NCBI GenBank assembly: GCA_041653395.1
Contig: JBAZFK010000004.1
Span: forward strand, 5,307 to 69,306
Length of the DNA: 64,000 nucleotides
Source: Candidatus Nanoarchaeia archaeon
GTDB taxonomy: Archaea; Nanobdellota; Nanobdellia; Tiddalikarchaeales; Tiddalikarchaeaceae
Direction of reading: 5' to 3'
The notes beneath the pieces are model-generated. The model was not told where the DNA came from. It saw only the letters and a program-made list of their open reading frames with translations, and ran no database searches. The position numbers and the translations under genes were made by a program. Positions 53,985 through 64,000 of the stretch are shown here, piece by piece (position 1 is the first letter of the stretch; each line of letters starts with the position of its first letter).

Positions 53985-54072
53985 GGCAAAAACTATAATT
54001 TTAGGGTTTAAAACCATTATTGCTATTGAATGAACAATTATTTAAAATTCAAAAAATCATTTAATTAATTAA

Positions 54073-54143
54073 GCAGCTGTAGTTCAGTGGTAGGACATGA
54101 GCTTCCCAAGCTTAGGACCCGGGTTCAACTCCCGGCAGCTGCA
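54073..54143 (+). tRNA. tRNA-Gly(CCC)
   Basis: GCAGCTG/CAGCTGC-A acceptor stem, TGAGC-TT-CCC-AA-GCTTA anticodon arm, CCGGG-TTCAACT-CCCGG T arm. Confidence 0.96.
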
Positions 54144-54148
54144 TAAGA

Positions 54149-54580
54149 TTATTTGCCTAATTTTCTGATAAGATCATTTGCAACAGCATCATTTTTTATA
54201 CCGTTTAAATAATAAGTTTTGTTTGCCAAGGTTTCAATATAAATATTGGTTATGCCTAACATTTTTTCAAGCAAAGTGCTGCAGCAACCAAGTTTCTTAA
54301 TGTCCTTGTAGCTAACCTGGACTGATTCGCTTCCCTCCTTTATATACAAATGATTCTTTAAAAAATAGTAATTAGTAGTATTCCATTTGTAAAACAAGTA
54401 AACTAATCCCAGGTATGGAATAATTATTGCCATATTCAAAAAAAACTTAATTAAGCTGTAATAAAAGCTGGTGTTTATCAAAAAAGATGCAGTTAACATG
54501 AAAGAAGCGAATATGAAAAAGAAGCCGTATTTCACAAACCAATACAACATTACTCTTTTTTTAGGCTTATATTCTTTCAT
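54149..54580 (-). CDS. Membrane protein with a bacterial PH (bPH_2-like) domain
   Basis: Two TM helices, then YYF...LYIKEG...VSYKDI...LEKMLGITNIYIET. Confidence 0.7.
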   Translation of the reverse strand: MKEYKPKKRVMLYWFVKYGFFFIFASFMLTASFLINTSFYYSLIKFFLNMAIIIPYLGLVYLFYKWNTTNYYFLKNHLYIKEGSESVQVSYKDIKKLGCCSTLLEKMLGITNIYIETLANKTYYLNGIKNDAVANDLIRKLGK

Positions 54581-55056
54581 AATAACAAAAAGTAAATTCC
54601 TGCAGCTGCTCCCACTATTACCAACACTAACAAAGCTATTAAAATTATCTTTTTTGTGTTTTTTTTTGCCTGTATAGGTTTCTCGCTTACAGTATTAATA
54701 ATTCCATTGCTTATATTGTCATTAGTTTCTTTTTTGCCGTCATTAATGTTGAAGATAGGTTGGGTTAAAACTTTTTTGTCAGCAAAAATTTCATCTTTAG
54801 ATTCTTGTTCAACAACAGGTTCATTAACTTTAGCGCTAAAGTCAACAGCAGTTTTTTCAGGTTCAGGAACTGCAGCATCCCCTTTTTTTTCATAATTTTC
54901 AAGAATTTTAAGCTTTGATTCATAAAAATCAGGAAATTTTTCCTTGTAAAAATCCATGTATTTTTTAAAATTAGGGTTATTTTGCTCCTTAAAACCTTTT
55001 ATTTTGTAAATTATTTCATCTTCACTTGCCATATGTAAAAAGTAATATTTACCCAT
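54577..55056 (-). CDS. Hypothetical tail-anchored membrane protein
   Basis: Charged low-complexity body with a single C-terminal TM helix. Confidence 0.7.
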   Translation of the reverse strand: MGKYYFLHMASEDEIIYKIKGFKEQNNPNFKKYMDFYKEKFPDFYESKLKILENYEKKGDAAVPEPEKTAVDFSAKVNEPVVEQESKDEIFADKKVLTQPIFNINDGKKETNDNISNGIINTVSEKPIQAKKNTKKIILIALLVLVIVGAAAGIYFLLL

Positions 55057-55107
55057 TTATAAATTATTTTGTAATCTATTTAAATAACCCTTGCCTAGTA
55101 ATAATTC

Positions 55108-56766
55108 ATGCAAATGGCAGTAGAGCAGCTAAAAAAGCTGTTAAGCATAGAAGATAAGGATATAAGCATTCCTCCAACTCCCGAAATGGGTGATTTATCA
55201 ACAAATATTGCTTTTAAATTAAGCAAGGAAAAAAACGAGAACCCAAACATTACCGCAATTAACCTAATGAGCACAATTGATTTGTCAAAAACGATTTTTT
55301 CAAAGGCAAAAGCTTTCGGGCCTTACATTAATTTTTATATTGATTATGAAAAATTGGCAAAGAAAACATTAAAAGAGGCTATGGAAAAAAATTATGGAGA
55401 TGCTAAAGCATTAAACAAGAATGTTTTAATAGAATTCCCAAATCCCAACACGAACAAGCCTTTGCATATTGGGCATTTGCTTCAAACATTAATAGGCACA
55501 TCAATGTCAAGAATAATAGAATCCTATGGCTACACTGTGAAAAGGCTGAATGTTTACAATGACAGGGGAATGCATATTTGCAAATCAATGCTTGCCTACC
55601 AAAAATGGGGAAAAGGAAAGCTTCCAAATAAAAAGCCAGACCATTTTGTGGGAGAATATTATGTGATGTTTGAAACTAAAAAAAGCGAAGAATTGGAAAA
55701 AGAATGCGAGCAAATGCTAATAGAATGGGAGTCAGGGAACAAAAAAGTCAGGGCTTTATGGAAGAAGATGAATTCCTGGGCTTACAAAGGTTATAATGAA
55801 ACTTTTGCAAGAATAGGAATAGACAAGTATGATAAAATCTATTATGAGAGCGATTTTTATGACAAAGGGAAAGAAATAGTTCTTAACGGATTAAAGCAGG
55901 GGATTTTTGGAAAAGAAGATGATGGGGCAATCTATTGTTTGATGAAAGACAACACAAAAAAATATTTGCTAAGAAGCAACTCAACAACTCTTTATGCCAC
56001 CCAAGATTTAGCACTGGCAAAAATCAAGGAAAAAGACTACAATTTTGAAAAATCAATTTATCTGACAAGCAATGAGCAGAACCATTATTTCAAGCAATTG
56101 TTTGAAATTTTAGGTAGACTAAAATTAAAGTCAGCTGATAAATTGATTCATCTGGGAACCGGAACAATTGCTTTGCCAACAGGAAAGATGAAAAGCAGGG
56201 AAGGAAAAATTGTTGACGTTGACAGCTTAATTGATGAAATGAATCTTGTTGCATTAAAAGAGGTAAAAAACAGGAAAGTAAAACTTGGACAGAAAGAAAT
56301 TGAGAAAATCGCGCTTTCAGCAATAAAGTATCACCTGCTAAGAACAACAATGACTAAGGACACAATATTTAACCCTGAGGAAGCAATAAGCTTTGAAGGA
56401 AACACCGGACCCTACATTCTTTATTCCTTGGTGAGAGCTAAAAAAATAGCAATTAAATCAAGCAAAAAAAGCAAGGAACTTAAATCAAGCTTACTTGAAG
56501 CAAAAGAAGAAAAAGAATTAATAAAGCTAATTTCATCACTGCCTGAGGAGATTAAAAAAAGCTACGAAGCAATGTCACCCCATATTTTATGCACTTATGC
56601 TTACTCTCTTGCAAAAGCATTCAATTCATTCTATGAAGCATGTCCAATATTAAACACTGAAGATGAAAAGCTAAAAAATGCAAGGATTATCCTTACAAAA
56701 ACCTTCATGAACACAATTGAAAAAGCATTATATTTGCTTGGAATAGATTCAGTTAAAGAGATGTAA
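55108..56766 (+). CDS. argS: Arginine--tRNA ligase
   Basis: GDLSTN, GPYINF, PNTNKPLHIGH, NDRG, LYATQDL, KMKSREG, FEGNTGPY, C-terminal EM. Confidence 0.96.
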   Translation: MQMAVEQLKKLLSIEDKDISIPPTPEMGDLSTNIAFKLSKEKNENPNITAINLMSTIDLSKTIFSKAKAFGPYINFYIDYEKLAKKTLKEAMEKNYGDAKALNKNVLIEFPNPNTNKPLHIGHLLQTLIGTSMSRIIESYGYTVKRLNVYNDRGMHICKSMLAYQKWGKGKLPNKKPDHFVGEYYVMFETKKSEELEKECEQMLIEWESGNKKVRALWKKMNSWAYKGYNETFARIGIDKYDKIYYESDFYDKGKEIVLNGLKQGIFGKEDDGAIYCLMKDNTKKYLLRSNSTTLYATQDLALAKIKEKDYNFEKSIYLTSNEQNHYFKQLFEILGRLKLKSADKLIHLGTGTIALPTGKMKSREGKIVDVDSLIDEMNLVALKEVKNRKVKLGQKEIEKIALSAIKYHLLRTTMTKDTIFNPEEAISFEGNTGPYILYSLVRAKKIAIKSSKKSKELKSSLLEAKEEKELIKLISSLPEEIKKSYEAMSPHILCTYAYSLAKAFNSFYEACPILNTEDEKLKNARIILTKTFMNTIEKALYLLGIDSVKEM

Positions 56767-56767
56767 A

Positions 56768-57253
56768 ATGGCAGCAGCTTTGGTTATTGGAAGATTCCAG
56801 CCTTTCCATAAAGGGCATGAATACTTAATAAATAAAGCGCTGAAAGAAAATAAGTTAGTCATTATTGCAGTTGGAAGCAGCCAAGAATCAAGAACCCGTA
56901 AAAATCCGTTCAATTTTTTTGAAAGGAAAAATATGATAAAATCATGCTTTAATAACTGCAGAATAATTTCCTGCCCTGACTATAAAAGCGACGAATCATG
57001 GGCAAACCATTTATTAAAATACAATTTTTGCGCTGTTTATTCAAACAATGAAAGAGTTAATGAAATATTTGATAATAAAAAGGTCAAAGTAAAAAAGGTA
57101 AAAGAATTGCCTAACATTTCATCAACACGAATAAGGACTATGATAATCAATAATGAACCTGAATACAAGAAATTAATCCCAAAAAATTGCCTAAAAATAA
57201 TGAAAGAAATAAATGCTGAAAAAGTAATAAAAGAATGTTTTAAAAATAATTAG
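56768..57253 (+). CDS. nadM: Nicotinamide-nucleotide adenylyltransferase (NadM-like)
   Basis: GRFQPFHKGH, VGSSQES...NPF..ER, ISSTRIR. Confidence 0.88.
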   Translation: MAAALVIGRFQPFHKGHEYLINKALKENKLVIIAVGSSQESRTRKNPFNFFERKNMIKSCFNNCRIISCPDYKSDESWANHLLKYNFCAVYSNNERVNEIFDNKKVKVKKVKELPNISSTRIRTMIINNEPEYKKLIPKNCLKIMKEINAEKVIKECFKNN

Positions 57254-57268
57254 TAATTATTTATCCTT

Positions 57269-58234
57269 GTGAAGGTTTTAATACTTGGAGCAGGAGGATT
57301 CATAGGTTACCACATAACCAATGAATTCTTAAAAAATGGTTTTGAAGTCACAGCCCTTGAATTATATGAGCCAAAAAAAGATTTTTTCAAAAAAATTGTT
57401 AAAATAATAATAAAAGATTTGTCAAAAATTTCAGACAATGAGGCAATAAATTTAATCAAAGGAAATGATTATGCAGTCTTTGCAGGAGGAATTGATGACA
57501 GGGCACTTTTAAAAAAGCCAGCATATAAAATTTTCAAAAGCGCTAATGTAGATTTTGCAGTAAGGTTTTTAAGATTATGCAAGAAAGCAGGAGTAAAAAA
57601 AGCAGTAGTTCTTAACTCTTATTTTTCATACTTTGACAAAATATTGCCTGAAATGAAGTTAGCCAAGATTCACTCCTATATTAAAAGCAGGGTTGAGCAA
57701 AGGCAAGCAGGATTGTCATTATCAAGCAAAGATTTTAAAGTTATAATATTAGAGCTTCCCTACATTTTTGGCACTGCTCCAGGCAAAAAAATATTATGGG
57801 AAGGTTTAATAAAATATGTTAATGCTTGGCCAATATTGTTTTTCACTAATGGAGGCACTGCAATGGTCAGTGTTTCAAATGTTGCTAAAGCTGTTTTTAA
57901 TTCAATAAAATACTCTAAAGAAAGTTTAGCAATGCCTGTTTATACAGAAAATGTCACATGGAAAGATTGGATTAGCAGGATTTTAGAATTCAGCAACAAG
58001 AAACCAAAAACAATCATTGTTGTGCCTAAATTTTTGGCAAAAATAGGCGCATTCTTTTTGAAAACATGGCATTCTATTAAAGGATTAGAGAGCGGGCTAG
58101 AGCCAGTTAATTATGTTGATTTTCAGTATATGAATTCATTTGTCACTGACACTTCATGCGAATCAATACTTAAAATAAAAAAAGAGTCAATTAATGAATC
58201 TTTAAAGGAGACTGTGAAATCATGCCTAAAATGA
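57269..58234 (+). CDS. NAD-dependent epimerase/dehydratase family protein
   Basis: GAGGFIG, AGGIDDR, YIKSR, ELPYIFG; GTG start. Confidence 0.85.
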   Translation: MKVLILGAGGFIGYHITNEFLKNGFEVTALELYEPKKDFFKKIVKIIIKDLSKISDNEAINLIKGNDYAVFAGGIDDRALLKKPAYKIFKSANVDFAVRFLRLCKKAGVKKAVVLNSYFSYFDKILPEMKLAKIHSYIKSRVEQRQAGLSLSSKDFKVIILELPYIFGTAPGKKILWEGLIKYVNAWPILFFTNGGTAMVSVSNVAKAVFNSIKYSKESLAMPVYTENVTWKDWISRILEFSNKKPKTIIVVPKFLAKIGAFFLKTWHSIKGLESGLEPVNYVDFQYMNSFVTDTSCESILKIKKESINESLKETVKSCLK

Positions 58235-59217
58235 AAGTAATGATTACAGGAGGTGCAGGAAGATTAGGCAATGTTTTGGCAAGGGAATTACTGAAAAAAA
58301 AGTATGAAGTAAATATTCTTTCTTTACCGGGCTCAAAAAATGATTCATTAAAAGGCTTGAAAGTCAAAATTGTTGAAGGAAACATTTTAGACGTTGAAGG
58401 CCTGAAAAAATCATTCAAAGGAATGGACCAAGTTTACCATTTGGCTGCAATGATTAGCATAGTTTCATATGACAGGGAAAAAGTCTTCAAAGTTAATGTC
58501 CAAGGAACAAATAATGTGATTACTGCATGCTTGGATTCAAAAGTCAAAAGATTAATTTATGTTAGCACTATTCATGCATTAGATGATTCTAAGAAAAAAA
58601 TAATTGATGAGACAGTGGGGTTTAATATTTTGACTCATAGGGGTAATTATGACCAATCCAAAGCCCAAGCATCAGTTAATATACTAAAAGCAGCGAAAGA
58701 AAAGGGCTTGGATGCTATTATTATTTGCCCTACAGGGATAATAGGGCCGTACGATTATGAGGTTTCTTTTTTTAGCCAATACATCCAAGAGTATGTCAAT
58801 AAGAAATTGTATTTTTTTATTGATGGTAGCTATGACTTCGTTGATGTCAGGGATGTAGCTAAAGGCATGGCTGAATTAGGAATCAAGGGAGAAAAAGGAG
58901 AAATATATTTATTATCAGGTGAGAATGTGCAGATTAAAGAATTTAATAACATCCTTTTTAAAGAAACTAGAATACCTAAACCTGTAAAAATTCCATATTT
59001 CTTATCCTATTTTTTCTCTTTCTTCACCCAAGCTTATTATAAGCTAACAAAGAAAATACCAGTAATTACTCCTTATTCGCTTTCAACCCTAAGAATTAAT
59101 TCAAAAATTTCGCACAAAAAAGCAACTGATTTAATAAATTACGCTCCAAGAAGCTTCAATGAATCCTTCATTGACCAGATAAGGTGGATGAAAAAGAAAG
59201 GAATAATCAAGTATTAA
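58222..59217 (+). CDS. NAD-dependent epimerase/dehydratase (dihydroflavonol reductase/HpnA-like)
   Basis: TGGAGRLG, YHLAA, NVQGT, YDQSK, PTGIIGPYD, FVDVRDVA. Confidence 0.88.
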   Translation: MPKMKVMITGGAGRLGNVLARELLKKKYEVNILSLPGSKNDSLKGLKVKIVEGNILDVEGLKKSFKGMDQVYHLAAMISIVSYDREKVFKVNVQGTNNVITACLDSKVKRLIYVSTIHALDDSKKKIIDETVGFNILTHRGNYDQSKAQASVNILKAAKEKGLDAIIICPTGIIGPYDYEVSFFSQYIQEYVNKKLYFFIDGSYDFVDVRDVAKGMAELGIKGEKGEIYLLSGENVQIKEFNNILFKETRIPKPVKIPYFLSYFFSFFTQAYYKLTKKIPVITPYSLSTLRINSKISHKKATDLINYAPRSFNESFIDQIRWMKKKGIIKY

Positions 59218-59252
59218 CAAAATTTATAAAGATTTTTCTCTATTGATTACTT

Positions 59253-59687
59253 ATGTTTGAATTAGAAAAAAAATTAGAAAATATTATTTCTGAAGGATTT
59301 TTGCTTCATGGTTCAAGATTTAATATACAAAACAATTTTTTGGCACCAAATAATAAAAAAGAAGTTTTTGCAACCAATAATTATGAAATTGCTTTAATGA
59401 AAGCAATTGTTTCAAGTAATAATCTTAACTATCCTGGTTTAGTTTATCCTCTTTTCATAGATGAAAAAAATCCTTTGGAACTGCATATTTATGGAATGAA
59501 TCCAGACACTATTGGAAAAGAAGGTTATATTTATGTTGTTTCTAAAAAAAGTTTTAAAAATGAACCAAAAAATTCTTGTCAATATGTTAATAAAAATAAA
59601 AATGTTCCAATAATTGAAGTAATTAAAGTTTATAAGGATGATTTAAAAATTCCAATTTTTAATATTACTGAAACAAAAATACAATAA
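59253..59687 (+). CDS. Hypothetical protein with an ADP-ribosyltransferase-like motif pattern
   Basis: LLHGS...LAP...VFAT...A...GYIYVV...F...QYV...VPI. Confidence 0.5.
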   Translation: MFELEKKLENIISEGFLLHGSRFNIQNNFLAPNNKKEVFATNNYEIALMKAIVSSNNLNYPGLVYPLFIDEKNPLELHIYGMNPDTIGKEGYIYVVSKKSFKNEPKNSCQYVNKNKNVPIIEVIKVYKDDLKIPIFNITETKIQ

Positions 59688-59691
59688 TTTA

Positions 59692-61974
59692 TCAAGTATT
59701 AACATTTACTAAATCAAAATAATGTCCTTTAAGCTTCATTAATTCTTCATGAGAACCTTGCTCAATTATTCTACCTTTGTCCATTACGCAGATTATATCA
59801 GCATCCCTTATTGTTGATAATCTATGGGCAATTATTAAAGTAGTTCTGCCTTTGCTCATTTTTTTGATTGCTTTCTGTATTATTTTTTCAGTATAAGGGT
59901 CAATACTGCTTGTAGCCTCATCAAGAATCAATATTTTAGGGTCAATCATCAAAACTCTTGCAAAGCATATTAATTGCCTTTGCCCAATGCTCAGATTTGC
60001 TCCCATTTCCCTAAGCATAGTGTCATATTTTAAAGGCAGCTCTTTTATAAAATCATCAAGCCCAATGCTTTTTGTGATTTTCAGCATTTTTTGAGTTACT
60101 TTAGGGGCAATGTCAAGCCCGTAATAAAGGTTATAAAGTATTGTTCCTGAGAATAAAAAATTATCCTGAGGAACCATTCCAATAATGCTCCTTAACTCCT
60201 TTGTTTTAAACTCAGTAATATTAATGCCACCAATTTTTATAGTTCCAGAATTAATATCATAAAACCTTGTCAATAATTTTATAATTGTTGATTTTCCAGC
60301 GCCAGTCTCTCCAACAAAAGCAACTGTTTTTCCATCAGGAATCTTAATCGTTATGTTTTTCAGTACATTCTCTTTCTTTTTATTTATAAAGTCTTTATAT
60401 TCATCTATTGCTTTTTTGACATCATCGCTGAATTCTAAATAATCGATTTTTGGTATTTTCATACTTATAAGCAATTCAAGTATTTGAGTGTTTGTCAGCT
60501 GCTTGCTTTGCATTAATTCGCCTAATTTATTCATGTCAAATTGGCTGTCAAGCTTTAAAGACACATACTCTCCTCTAAGCCTTTTATCAAGCAGTTTTGC
60601 AAGCTCAATCGGAGTTAAATCCATGCTAACTTCTTTAGTCAGCTCATTCAGGATTATTTTTTTGTTGCTTTTGTTTCTAAACTTTGACAATAATGACATT
60701 TTTTCATCATTATCTAGCTCCATGAACCTTGTAAGAATCAACAGTTTCTTCTCATCATTAAAAGGGGCGATTATTTTAGCCATAATTATTTTATGCATAG
60801 GATTCAACTGATTAATCAAAACATTAGCATCTTTCTTGTTTTCTTCAGCCCTTGACTTATAGCTGAAGCTAACATTTTCAAACTCAATATTTGGATTAAT
60901 GCCTTTAATGCTTTTAGGAGTAGCTGTTTCCTTGATGCTGTTTTGCTCATGAAGTATTCCGTAAATTCTTTCAGCACTTGCTAAAGCGCTGTCGCTTATC
61001 TGCTTAAAAAATAAAAGCCCTATTATTGGAAAAATTAGCTGCGCCAAATACGAATTGAACGCGCTTAATTCCCCAATAGTTATAGTGCTTCCAAGCAAAG
61101 TGATGCCATTATTTATTAACCCGTATCCTGAATAAAGCAGTATCAAGCTCATGAATGAGTAAATGATGAATGTGAATATTGGAAACAAAAATCCCATTAT
61201 TTTTCCAGTCTTAAACATTGCCTCCCTGTTGTCCCAGTTTGCTTTGTCAAATTCTTCCTTGCTTTCTTTTTCCCTGCCATAAGCTTTTATAACTTTCATT
61301 CCGCTAATATTTTGCTCAATCACTTGCGTTACTTTACTTATTTTTTTCCTAGTTTCCTTGAATGCATTTCTTAATAAGTTGCCTAAAAATAAGATTATAA
61401 CCAATAATAAGGGTATTATTAAGACGGAGATTACTGTAAGTTCCCAGTTAAGATTTATCATCAATAAGATGATGATTATTGCCTTGAACGCATTGACAAG
61501 CATTAAAGCCATTTGCCCCCCAAAAACCATGTTAAGCTGGTCAATGTCATTTGTTGCAATGCTAATTATATCTCCATTGTTATGTGCTTCAAAATATTCC
61601 ATGCTCATATTCTGAATATTCTTGAACAAATCAAGCCTTATTTTTTGTATTATTTTTGTGCCATATTTTCCTAAAAAATAATTAATTATTAACGAGCCAA
61701 ATGCGCTAACCAAAAGCATTGATAAATAAATTAATGAAAAATTCGTGGTTATTTCATTAGAGCCTTTCAGTATTCCATCATCTATGATTTTTTTCTGGAT
61801 ATTTGGCAAGAAAGCGTCAATTAATGTAAAAATAACCAGAAATGCTAGCATGATTATGAAAATTTTTTTGTAATTTTTCAAGTAATTTATCATCCAAGCC
61901 CATAAAATATTATCAGTAAGCTTCCCGCTCCTTTTTGCATTCCCTTCAGCAGCCATATGCATTGGTCCAGGCAT
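59692..61974 (-). CDS. ABC exporter half-transporter (TMD+NBD) with a large NBD insertion
   Basis: TMD; IEFENVSFSY, then about 160 extra aa, then GETGAGKST, LSIGQRQ, LDEATS, AHR. Confidence 0.9.
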   Translation of the reverse strand: MPGPMHMAAEGNAKRSGKLTDNILWAWMINYLKNYKKIFIIMLAFLVIFTLIDAFLPNIQKKIIDDGILKGSNEITTNFSLIYLSMLLVSAFGSLIINYFLGKYGTKIIQKIRLDLFKNIQNMSMEYFEAHNNGDIISIATNDIDQLNMVFGGQMALMLVNAFKAIIIILLMINLNWELTVISVLIIPLLLVIILFLGNLLRNAFKETRKKISKVTQVIEQNISGMKVIKAYGREKESKEEFDKANWDNREAMFKTGKIMGFLFPIFTFIIYSFMSLILLYSGYGLINNGITLLGSTITIGELSAFNSYLAQLIFPIIGLLFFKQISDSALASAERIYGILHEQNSIKETATPKSIKGINPNIEFENVSFSYKSRAEENKKDANVLINQLNPMHKIIMAKIIAPFNDEKKLLILTRFMELDNDEKMSLLSKFRNKSNKKIILNELTKEVSMDLTPIELAKLLDKRLRGEYVSLKLDSQFDMNKLGELMQSKQLTNTQILELLISMKIPKIDYLEFSDDVKKAIDEYKDFINKKKENVLKNITIKIPDGKTVAFVGETGAGKSTIIKLLTRFYDINSGTIKIGGINITEFKTKELRSIIGMVPQDNFLFSGTILYNLYYGLDIAPKVTQKMLKITKSIGLDDFIKELPLKYDTMLREMGANLSIGQRQLICFARVLMIDPKILILDEATSSIDPYTEKIIQKAIKKMSKGRTTLIIAHRLSTIRDADIICVMDKGRIIEQGSHEELMKLKGHYFDLVNVNT

Positions 61975-63740
61975 TACTTATCAACCCCCTTTTTTAATTC
62001 TAACTCAGCTTCTTTTTGCTTTTGGTGCAGGGTATTATAAATATTAGTATAAATCATGTTTTTATTATATAATTCTTCATGGTTTCCGAGCCCTATAATT
62101 TCTCCTTTATCCATTAAGATTATTTTGTTTGCATTTTTCAGATTGCTGACTCTTTGGGTTATGACAAAGCTTGTCCTGTTTATCATCAAATATTCTAATG
62201 CTTTCTGAATCTTGTATTCAGTTTCAGTGTCAACAGCGCTTGTGCTGTCATCAAGAATCAATATTTTAGGATTAAGTATTAAAGCTCTTGCAATCGAAAT
62301 CCTCTGCTTTTGCCCGCCGCTTAAGCTGCTTCCTCTTTCTCCTACAATTGTTTCATAACTTTCCGGCAAAGTCACTATGAAATCATGAATATTTGCATGC
62401 TTGGCTGCGCCAATCACTTCATCCAAGCTAGCATCAGGCTTTCCAAACCTGATATTGTCAGCTATGCTGATATTAAATAAAAACACTTCCTGGCTGCAGA
62501 ATCCTATCTGGCTTCTTAAATTGCTAATATTATAGTTTTTAACATTAATATTATCAATTAATATTGCCCCTTTTGTTGCATCATAATACCTTGGTACAAG
62601 ATTAATCAGGGAAGTTTTTCCGCTGCCAGTTGTTCCTATAACTGCTATTGTCTGGCCAGCCAAAGCTTTAAAATTAATGTTTTTCAGGACTAATGATTCT
62701 TTCATGTAACCAAAATTAACATTCTTGAATTCAACATCCCCTTTTATTGCATGACTCTTCGCATTGCTGCTATCTTTTATATCAGCTGCTGTTTGTATGA
62801 TTTCATTAACCCTTTTAAGGCTCGCGCCTGATTGAACAAAATCAATTATGAACTGGCTTAGATTATTAAGCGGCATTGCAAGCATTGCCATATAAGCTAT
62901 GAATGCCAAAAGAGTTCCAATATCTGATTCATTGCTTATTACCTTATACCCTCCGTAAATAAGAGAAAAAACAATCAATATATTCACAAGTATTCTTGTG
63001 CTGTAAACCATTATGCTTTGCCATTTTATTGCCTCAACAGTGTCTTTTTTGAAGGCTTCATTTTTTTTGTTGAATTTATCAAGCTCCCTTTTCTCCGAAT
63101 TAAATATTCTTACAACGCTTGCCCCAATAAGATTCTCCCGTATTATTGTAGTAAGCTTCCCGAAATTTTCCCTTGAGCTAATAAACGGCTTGCTTAACTT
63201 GTTGTAAGAAAAAAATATTATCAAGAAATAAACAAAAAGCGAGATTAATAATACATAAATTGAGGAGTTTATTGTAAGCATTGCACCAATCATAACTCCT
63301 ATAAGAGTTATTATTGCGCTGATAAAAGTGATAACTCCCCTTGTAAAAACCTGATTCGCATTCTCTATATCACTTGTGGTTCTGGAAACCAAATCTCCTA
63401 TTTCTTTATTGTCAAAAAAGCCAAAGCTTTGGTTATTTATGCTTTCATACAAATCTTTTCTGATATAATACTGCGCCTTCGTGCCAGCACTTGAAGTAAA
63501 ATACCTGCTTATTCCTTCAAAGAAGCTCCCTAAACTTGCGCAAGCTATAGCAATCACGAACCATAAGAGTAATTTTGAAAAATCAAGATTGTTTTTAGTT
63601 ATTTCATTAATAACTGTTTTACTAATTAAAGGAATGCTTAAAGTGAAGGCCGAGCTTAGGATTAAAAGAAACACTGCAGTAAAAAACTCTTTTTTGCTTT
63701 TCATGACATATTTTAGCACTATGGAAAAATTGTTAGTCAT
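61974..63740 (-). CDS. ABC exporter half-transporter (degenerate-site partner of a heterodimer)
   Basis: GTTGSGKT, LSGGQKQR, LDDSTS (E to D), ITQR (H to Q). Confidence 0.92.
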   Translation of the reverse strand: MTNNFSIVLKYVMKSKKEFFTAVFLLILSSAFTLSIPLISKTVINEITKNNLDFSKLLLWFVIAIACASLGSFFEGISRYFTSSAGTKAQYYIRKDLYESINNQSFGFFDNKEIGDLVSRTTSDIENANQVFTRGVITFISAIITLIGVMIGAMLTINSSIYVLLISLFVYFLIIFFSYNKLSKPFISSRENFGKLTTIIRENLIGASVVRIFNSEKRELDKFNKKNEAFKKDTVEAIKWQSIMVYSTRILVNILIVFSLIYGGYKVISNESDIGTLLAFIAYMAMLAMPLNNLSQFIIDFVQSGASLKRVNEIIQTAADIKDSSNAKSHAIKGDVEFKNVNFGYMKESLVLKNINFKALAGQTIAVIGTTGSGKTSLINLVPRYYDATKGAILIDNINVKNYNISNLRSQIGFCSQEVFLFNISIADNIRFGKPDASLDEVIGAAKHANIHDFIVTLPESYETIVGERGSSLSGGQKQRISIARALILNPKILILDDSTSAVDTETEYKIQKALEYLMINRTSFVITQRVSNLKNANKIILMDKGEIIGLGNHEELYNKNMIYTNIYNTLHQKQKEAELELKKGVDK

Positions 63741-64000
63741 TCTTTAATCTCCTCTATTTTTTTTAAAATTCCAGTAATTTTTTCCTTAAAGCTGTTAAAA
63801 TCAATCAAAAGCAGAGAATCATGCTTTTTTTTAAGCACCAAGAACTTGTCACCTTCAAAGATGTTGTGCTCTTGTCTTAATTTTTTAGGAAGAACTATTT
63901 GTCCGCTATCCTGCACCTTATTTTTTTCATAAATAGTTGAAATTTTTTTCATAAACTCGGGCTGCTCGCTTTTGAAGATAAAAATTCCTCTGCACTCTTT
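63737..64000 (-). CDS. AbrB/MazE/SpoVT-domain DNA-binding protein, 5' end probably beyond the window
   Basis: KVQDSGQIVLPKKLR..NIFEGD; the frame stays open upstream of the ATG to the window edge (KECRGIFIFKSEQPEF). Confidence 0.75.
   Translation of the reverse strand, partial: KECRGIFIFKSEQPEFMKKISTIYEKNKVQDSGQIVLPKKLRQEHNIFEGDKFLVLKKKHDSLLLIDFNSFKEKITGILKKIEEIKE

Noticed and set aside
60370..60858. Intein in the ABC NBD
   Set aside because: No intein splice-junction residues or LAGLIDADG motifs.
1574..63747. Many 60-150 aa antisense or nested ORFs in the track (e.g. 10144-10563, 15809-16186, 33878-34327, 43439-43807)
   Set aside because: They lie within well-supported genes and have no motifs; they are shadow ORFs.
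1..64000. CRISPR array, cas genes, rRNA, integrase or transposase
   Set aside because: No regularly spaced repeats and no recognisable motifs; the only direct repeats found are two-copy (21284/21364 and 29480/31409).

Overview
AT-rich archaeal chromosomal segment, probably from a small-genome DPANN-type archaeon. The assignment is inferred from archaeal LeuRS/PheRS, S17e, Hjc, NucS, EndA, AMP phosphorylase, box C/D RNAs and many genes whose ATG lies about 25 nt after a TATA box. 1-15.3 kb is a surface-glycan/nucleotide-sugar cluster: GT2, AsnB-like protein, methyltransferase, UDP-GlcA decarboxylase, five nucleotidyltransferase-fold proteins, two phosphohexomutases, GtrA and a GT-C enzyme. The rest holds translation genes (leuS, thrS, pheST, argS, trm5, endA, rps17e), three tRNAs (Trp with intron, His, Gly), a box C/D sRNA, DNA repair genes, surface proteins and ABC transporters. 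Most notable: (1) short leader ORFs that carry the cognate amino-acid codon(s) and can form a long hairpin, upstream of both leuS (MMTSLLLR) and thrS (MKQVDCPTRE), resembling ribosome-coupled attenuation in an archaeon; (2) two tandem ribbon-helix-helix/nucleotidyltransferase fusions, one intact and one degenerate, beside a perfect palindromic operator candidate; (3) a 1.9-kb integrase-free NrtR + HD-hydrolase cassette with two GT-N7-AC boxes, inserted at the endA start between 62-bp direct repeats; (4) a 31-bp duplication of the tRNA-Trp 3' end enclosing a small hairpin; (5) a minimal C/D-type guide for C34 inside the tRNA-Trp intron. No CRISPR array, rRNA, integrase or transposase was seen. 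All family calls come from motif reading, not database searches.
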